Shown piece by piece: positions 59,877 to 64,000 of a stretch of 64,000 bases of DNA (within the stretch, counting starts at the first letter, position 1; each line of letters starts with the position of its first letter). Origin of the DNA: Candidatus Latescibacterota bacterium (GTDB lineage Bacteria; Latescibacterota; UBA2968); assembly GCA_965204745.1 (NCBI GenBank), contig OZ242010.1:3648001-3712000 (forward strand), given 5' to 3'. The translations under genes were made by a program, and so were the position numbers. The notes beneath the pieces are model-generated. The model did no database searches. It was not told the DNA's origin and saw only the letters and a program-made list of their open reading frames with translations.

Positions 59877-61496
59877 TTACTGGGCGCGCCACAAAAAATA
59901 GAACCAACTGACGATGACGCCGATAGTGAGAGTTGAGAAAATCGCGATGATCCCCCAGACGCCCGCCGGTGTATCGGGCAGAGAAGCGGAGGCAACCGGT
60001 GGGCCGGGAATCGCGGTTGGCGCGGGAAATACGGCTTTGTAAGTGGTCTCGTCCCATCGCGTGATTTGCACTTGAAGCGGGGTATGAGGCTCTGTAGTCA
60101 GGGTGGCGGTTGGCGCGAATGCCGTTCCTTTCATCGAGATGGATTCGCCCCCGGATTCGCCAATGGAAACCCGCTTGTAATTTGGAAAGCCCTCGCCCAA
60201 AAATTTTGCGGCGAGTTGCATGCCTTCTCGCGGATTGCAAGGCACGGCACACGTCACTTTTATCCGATAGGGGCCAACGGCGCGTTCGGCGATGACCACG
60301 GGCGGCGCGCTTTGTGTGCCGTACTCGTAAATGCCTTCGATGGTAGAGAACACCGCGACGACAAAATACGCCAGCGTGAGAATGGCGGACACAGTCGCGC
60401 CGCGCAACCTCGGTGCAACAGAGGACTTTGCGCGCACCACCCATAAGTACGCGCCCGCCAAAATTGAGAACGACAGGGCCAGCCCAAAAATGAACCAGAT
60501 GATTTTGGTCGCAAGCCCGCCGAAATACCCAAAGTGTAGGGGATCGACCAGATCCGTAATAAGGGGAATGACCGCGAGATCCGCGCTGCGTTGCGCGGCG
60601 ATAACTCCGCCGCTAAACGGGTGCAACAGCACTTTGTTGGCGCGATCTCTGACCAGGGGATTGCCCGCTTGCCCATCCAAATAGACCGGCGCGCCAATGC
60701 GGTTGGGCATCCGCAAGGATCGGATGGTCAGGCCGGGAAACGCGGCTCGGGCGCGGTTTGCGTATTCGTTGGGCGCGAGCAATTCGGGCTGCACGCCGTA
60801 ACTGCCGAGCGACGTTTTATCGACTTGTGGCAAGGGCGGCGGCAACAGTGCTCGGTAATTGTCTGCGGCTTGAAAACACACTTCCACAAAGTAGAACACA
60901 CCCGTAGCCGCGATCAGCAACACAAAGAGGAAAACCCATATTCCCGTGGTTTTGTGCAGATCTGACCAGCGCCTGCGCGGCCCTTTGTCTGTACGCAACG
61001 CGAAGAATTGCGCGCGCCAACCCTTGTAAAAACAGACCCCAGACAGCCCGGATACGAGCAGCGCAAACGCGGTGAGGGTGACGAGGACGATACCGCGCGT
61101 GCCGTCAAAAAAACGACGGTGAAAGGAGCGGAAGAACCGCTGTACATTAAAAAAACTGGTCTGCCCTTGCAACGCGCCGGTATGGGGATCGAGATAGACT
61201 TTGCGCGTTTGTCCGCTTGAAAAAGCGACATAAGCCAAAGCCGCAAACCCATCGCCGATAGGCGCGTACACGCCCAACACGCGCCCATCGGGAAATTTAT
61301 CGGTCAGGGTTTCGCACATCGCGGTCCAGTCATAAGGCGCGTCGCGGGTTTCGGCGCGCACGGCCGGATTGAGCAACCAGTCCATTTCATGGGATAGGGT
61401 GGCAAATGATCCGGAAAAGCAGACCACGAAAAGCAACAAGCCAATATTCAGCCCCAACCAGCCGTGCAGGCGAAAGAGCATCTTGCGCCAATTCAT
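59877..61496 (-). CDS. PepSY-associated TM helix domain protein (siderophore reductase-like)
   Basis: LHGWLG..FSGS, SFHRR, DLHKTTG and PLHFGYFGG motifs. Confidence 0.9.
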   Translation of the reverse strand: MNWRKMLFRLHGWLGLNIGLLLFVVCFSGSFATLSHEMDWLLNPAVRAETRDAPYDWTAMCETLTDKFPDGRVLGVYAPIGDGFAALAYVAFSSGQTRKVYLDPHTGALQGQTSFFNVQRFFRSFHRRFFDGTRGIVLVTLTAFALLVSGLSGVCFYKGWRAQFFALRTDKGPRRRWSDLHKTTGIWVFLFVLLIAATGVFYFVEVCFQAADNYRALLPPPLPQVDKTSLGSYGVQPELLAPNEYANRARAAFPGLTIRSLRMPNRIGAPVYLDGQAGNPLVRDRANKVLLHPFSGGVIAAQRSADLAVIPLITDLVDPLHFGYFGGLATKIIWFIFGLALSFSILAGAYLWVVRAKSSVAPRLRGATVSAILTLAYFVVAVFSTIEGIYEYGTQSAPPVVIAERAVGPYRIKVTCAVPCNPREGMQLAAKFLGEGFPNYKRVSIGESGGESISMKGTAFAPTATLTTEPHTPLQVQITRWDETTYKAVFPAPTAIPGPPVASASLPDTPAGVWGIIAIFSTLTIGVIVSWFYFLWRAQ

Positions 61497-61519
61497 TCCA
61501 AACCCCAAGCGGTTGGCGA

Positions 61520-63922
61520 TCAAAATTGATAGCGGACGGTCGCGTCGAAGCTCCGCGGCGTGCCCCTGAACCCGCCGATGCGACCGCCATACCCCCCGGG
61601 AAAGTATTCTTTGTCAAAGAGGTTGTGCAAGTTGATGGCGATGTCGAATCGGTCATAGCGAATAAAAACAGCGCCATTGGCGACGAAGTACGCGGGCAAA
61701 TGATCCCCGATAGCGCGGGTGGTGCGCTCGCTGAGATAACTGCCGCCCAAAGCAAACCCCAACCGAATGGCATGCGCGAGCGGCATGTCGTAGCGCGACC
61801 AAAACCCGATGGCGTTTTTGGGATTGTTGGGATTGGCTCGACCAATGTTGGCCGGGTTGGTGTCTTTGGTGATTTCGGCTTTGAGGCTGTGGGCAAAGCT
61901 ACCGTGTACGCGCCAGCGATCCGCGATGAGGCCCGCGATGTCCAGTTCAAAACCCCGGCTTTGGATTTCGCCGACTTGCACCCTGCGATCCGGCATGTCT
62001 TCGGGCGGGTTGGCATCGCGGAGAATGACGTTTTCCTTGGCGATGTGATACAGCGCGAAGGTGGTGTTAAAGCGGCCATCTAAGAATGTCGATTTCGCGC
62101 CGCCTTCTATGGTCCAACTGTTCTCCGGATCAAAAGGCCCGCCGTATCGGTCCGGGTCAAATGTGTAGCTAGAACTGACGGGTTCAAATCCCTCGCTGTA
62201 GCTCAAATAGGTCGAGATCCATGGAACGGGTTTGAATACGGCCCCGCCGCGCAAAGACCAATGGGCGTCGCTAGCCCGATTATTCGATCCGCTTTCGGCT
62301 TTGTCTTCAAAGGCGTCGTAACGCAGGCCGAGCAACACATTGAACTTGTCGCCAAAGTCGATTTGGTCTTGAAAATAAAATCCAAAAGCCGAGATGCGGT
62401 TATTGAGGCGCGTGGTCAACTGCGAAATGCCCTGCGGAATGTCCGCACCGTAATAGGAAAATTTGAGCGGGTTATTTTTCGGCGCGAACACGGGATTCGA
62501 GATGTTGATGTTGGGCACCGGCCCGCCCCGGCTGGAATCCCGCGCGGTCGCAAACCGGTAAAGCCCTTCTGTGAGGGTGTATTCCAACCCCGAAAGCACC
62601 GTGTGATAGGTCGATGCAACGGTGAGATTGTAGATCAGATTTGCGTTGGTCGTGCGCTGTTGTTTTTCGCGGTACTGATCGCGAAATTCGCGCAACATGG
62701 TTTCGCCATCGGCGAGCAGGCCCCGGGGTTCGTGGTATTCCTGCCGTCGCTGGTTGGTCAAATAACTGGCTGAGGCGTCTATTTTTAAGCGATCTGAAAA
62801 CCGGTGATCGGCGCGCAAGCGATAGGTATAGGCGTCAATGCTGATAAAATCGTCGGGTTCGTTGACCGTGTAATCGAGGGGCAGATCGACGAGTTCGCCG
62901 TTGAAAAACGGGATGCCCCGATTGCGGTGGCCCTTGTTCAGTTCGTCAAACCATTCGCCGCCGAGGGTGATGGACGTGCGGTCCGTGGGTAGCCATGAAA
63001 AAGCCCCCTTAAACGCGGAAAAAATGAATTGCTCGTGCCGGCGAAACCCCTCGTCATTGGCGTGGCTGGCGTTGATTTGGTAGAGCAATTTGCCAAAACC
63101 GGGGGTGGCGAGCAAGGGGCCTGTAGAAGAAAAATTGGCCTGCGACTTGGAATAAGATCCCAAGGTGAATTTGAGTTCGCTATTTCGCGCCGCGCGGGGT
63201 TGTTTGGTGATGACGTTGATAAATCCACCGGGGCGCGATTGCCCGTAGAGCGCGCCTGCGGGGCCTTTGACCACTTCGATGCGCGCCACGTTGTCCAAGC
63301 GCATCCGGTTAAAAAATCCATGCACTTGGTTGAGGCCGTTTTGCTTGACCGCGCCATCTCCTGTAGTGCGAAAGCCGCGCATGTTAAAATCGAGATATTC
63401 GCTGAAGGGATTGACGCCACTCACGTTTTGCAACACATCGGTGAGGTACGTCAGCCCCTGGTCTTCGACGAGGTCGCCCGTGATGATTTGCACGGATTGG
63501 GGCAAGTCGCGCAAAGCGGTGTTGGTGCGCGTCGCCGTGGTGCGGTCCGAGGCGTACCCCTCTTCCACGACTGTGATTTCATCGAGGATGTACGGGGTGT
63601 CTTCGATGAGGGTAATCGCGATGGCGGGCACTTGTTGCGCGACAGACACGGGTCGCTCGACGGTTTTGTAACCCACGTAACTCGCGACGAGGACGTAGTC
63701 GCCGCGCGGCACATTGGGAATCGCAAAGTGCCCTCGCCGATCCGTCACAGTGCCCAAGCGCGTGTTTTTGAGCGCGACGCTCGCGCCGGGCAAGGGATCG
63801 TTGGCGCGATCCAAAACCCGGCCGCGAATCTCATGATTTTGCGCGAGGGCAGATGTTGCAAAAACCGCGAACAGGGCGAGCGACAAACTGGATGAACAAA
63901 AGAAACGAAAGCGGGTTGACAC
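61520..63922 (-). CDS. TonB-dependent siderophore receptor with an N-terminal carboxypeptidase-regulatory-like domain
   Basis: GGAGGA RBS + GTG; DLPQSVQII, IEVVKGPAGALYG motifs; C-terminal RYQF. Confidence 0.93.
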   Translation of the reverse strand: MSTRFRFFCSSSLSLALFAVFATSALAQNHEIRGRVLDRANDPLPGASVALKNTRLGTVTDRRGHFAIPNVPRGDYVLVASYVGYKTVERPVSVAQQVPAIAITLIEDTPYILDEITVVEEGYASDRTTATRTNTALRDLPQSVQIITGDLVEDQGLTYLTDVLQNVSGVNPFSEYLDFNMRGFRTTGDGAVKQNGLNQVHGFFNRMRLDNVARIEVVKGPAGALYGQSRPGGFINVITKQPRAARNSELKFTLGSYSKSQANFSSTGPLLATPGFGKLLYQINASHANDEGFRRHEQFIFSAFKGAFSWLPTDRTSITLGGEWFDELNKGHRNRGIPFFNGELVDLPLDYTVNEPDDFISIDAYTYRLRADHRFSDRLKIDASASYLTNQRRQEYHEPRGLLADGETMLREFRDQYREKQQRTTNANLIYNLTVASTYHTVLSGLEYTLTEGLYRFATARDSSRGGPVPNINISNPVFAPKNNPLKFSYYGADIPQGISQLTTRLNNRISAFGFYFQDQIDFGDKFNVLLGLRYDAFEDKAESGSNNRASDAHWSLRGGAVFKPVPWISTYLSYSEGFEPVSSSYTFDPDRYGGPFDPENSWTIEGGAKSTFLDGRFNTTFALYHIAKENVILRDANPPEDMPDRRVQVGEIQSRGFELDIAGLIADRWRVHGSFAHSLKAEITKDTNPANIGRANPNNPKNAIGFWSRYDMPLAHAIRLGFALGGSYLSERTTRAIGDHLPAYFVANGAVFIRYDRFDIAINLHNLFDKEYFPGGYGGRIGGFRGTPRSFDATVRYQF

Positions 63923-64000
63923 GGTGGTATCCTCCGTATTGATCAACTTGTTGGGATTGAAATTTTGAGCGGATGTCATTTTTCGTTTGGACATAAGCGG

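Overview
Bacterial chromosomal window, GC-rich in coding regions, with about 60 CDS and no rRNA, tRNA or true CRISPR array that I can see. The many PhyH dioxygenases, sulfatases and Gfo/Idh/MocA oxidoreductases, an Rpn protein and heptamer microsatellites suggest a Latescibacterota/Poribacteria-like marine or sponge-associated organism (inference only). Housekeeping and metabolic content: an Mrp-like antiporter cluster, bioA/bioD, folA, rimO, psd, an RluA synthase, lgt, cysS, iscS, a cytochrome c/PCuAC/SCO copper operon, two ferritins and a PepSY/TonB iron-uptake pair. Four things stand out that the ORF track misses. (1) Two UGA-recoded selenoprotein candidates, each with a SECIS-like hairpin: a SelW/Rdx CxxU protein (4519-4758) and an ArsC/Spx-family UxxC protein (47994-48344). 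(2) A nested intergenic repeat system: an IS5/IS903-like element and an unrelated MITE both sit inside (ACTGACA)n heptamer arrays, and a 36-bp module occupies a fixed site of a REP-like palindrome, with filled and empty sites both present. (3) An Rpn nuclease with a clear internal RBS and ATG for an intragenic antitoxin. (4) A defence spot (GmrSD-like protein plus AAA ATPase) whose partner gene has been split and its middle replaced by a foreign gene. There are also unusual fusions (GAF + PepSY-TM, membrane-anchored CutA-like) and several gene remnants. All family assignments are by motif recognition; no searches were run.
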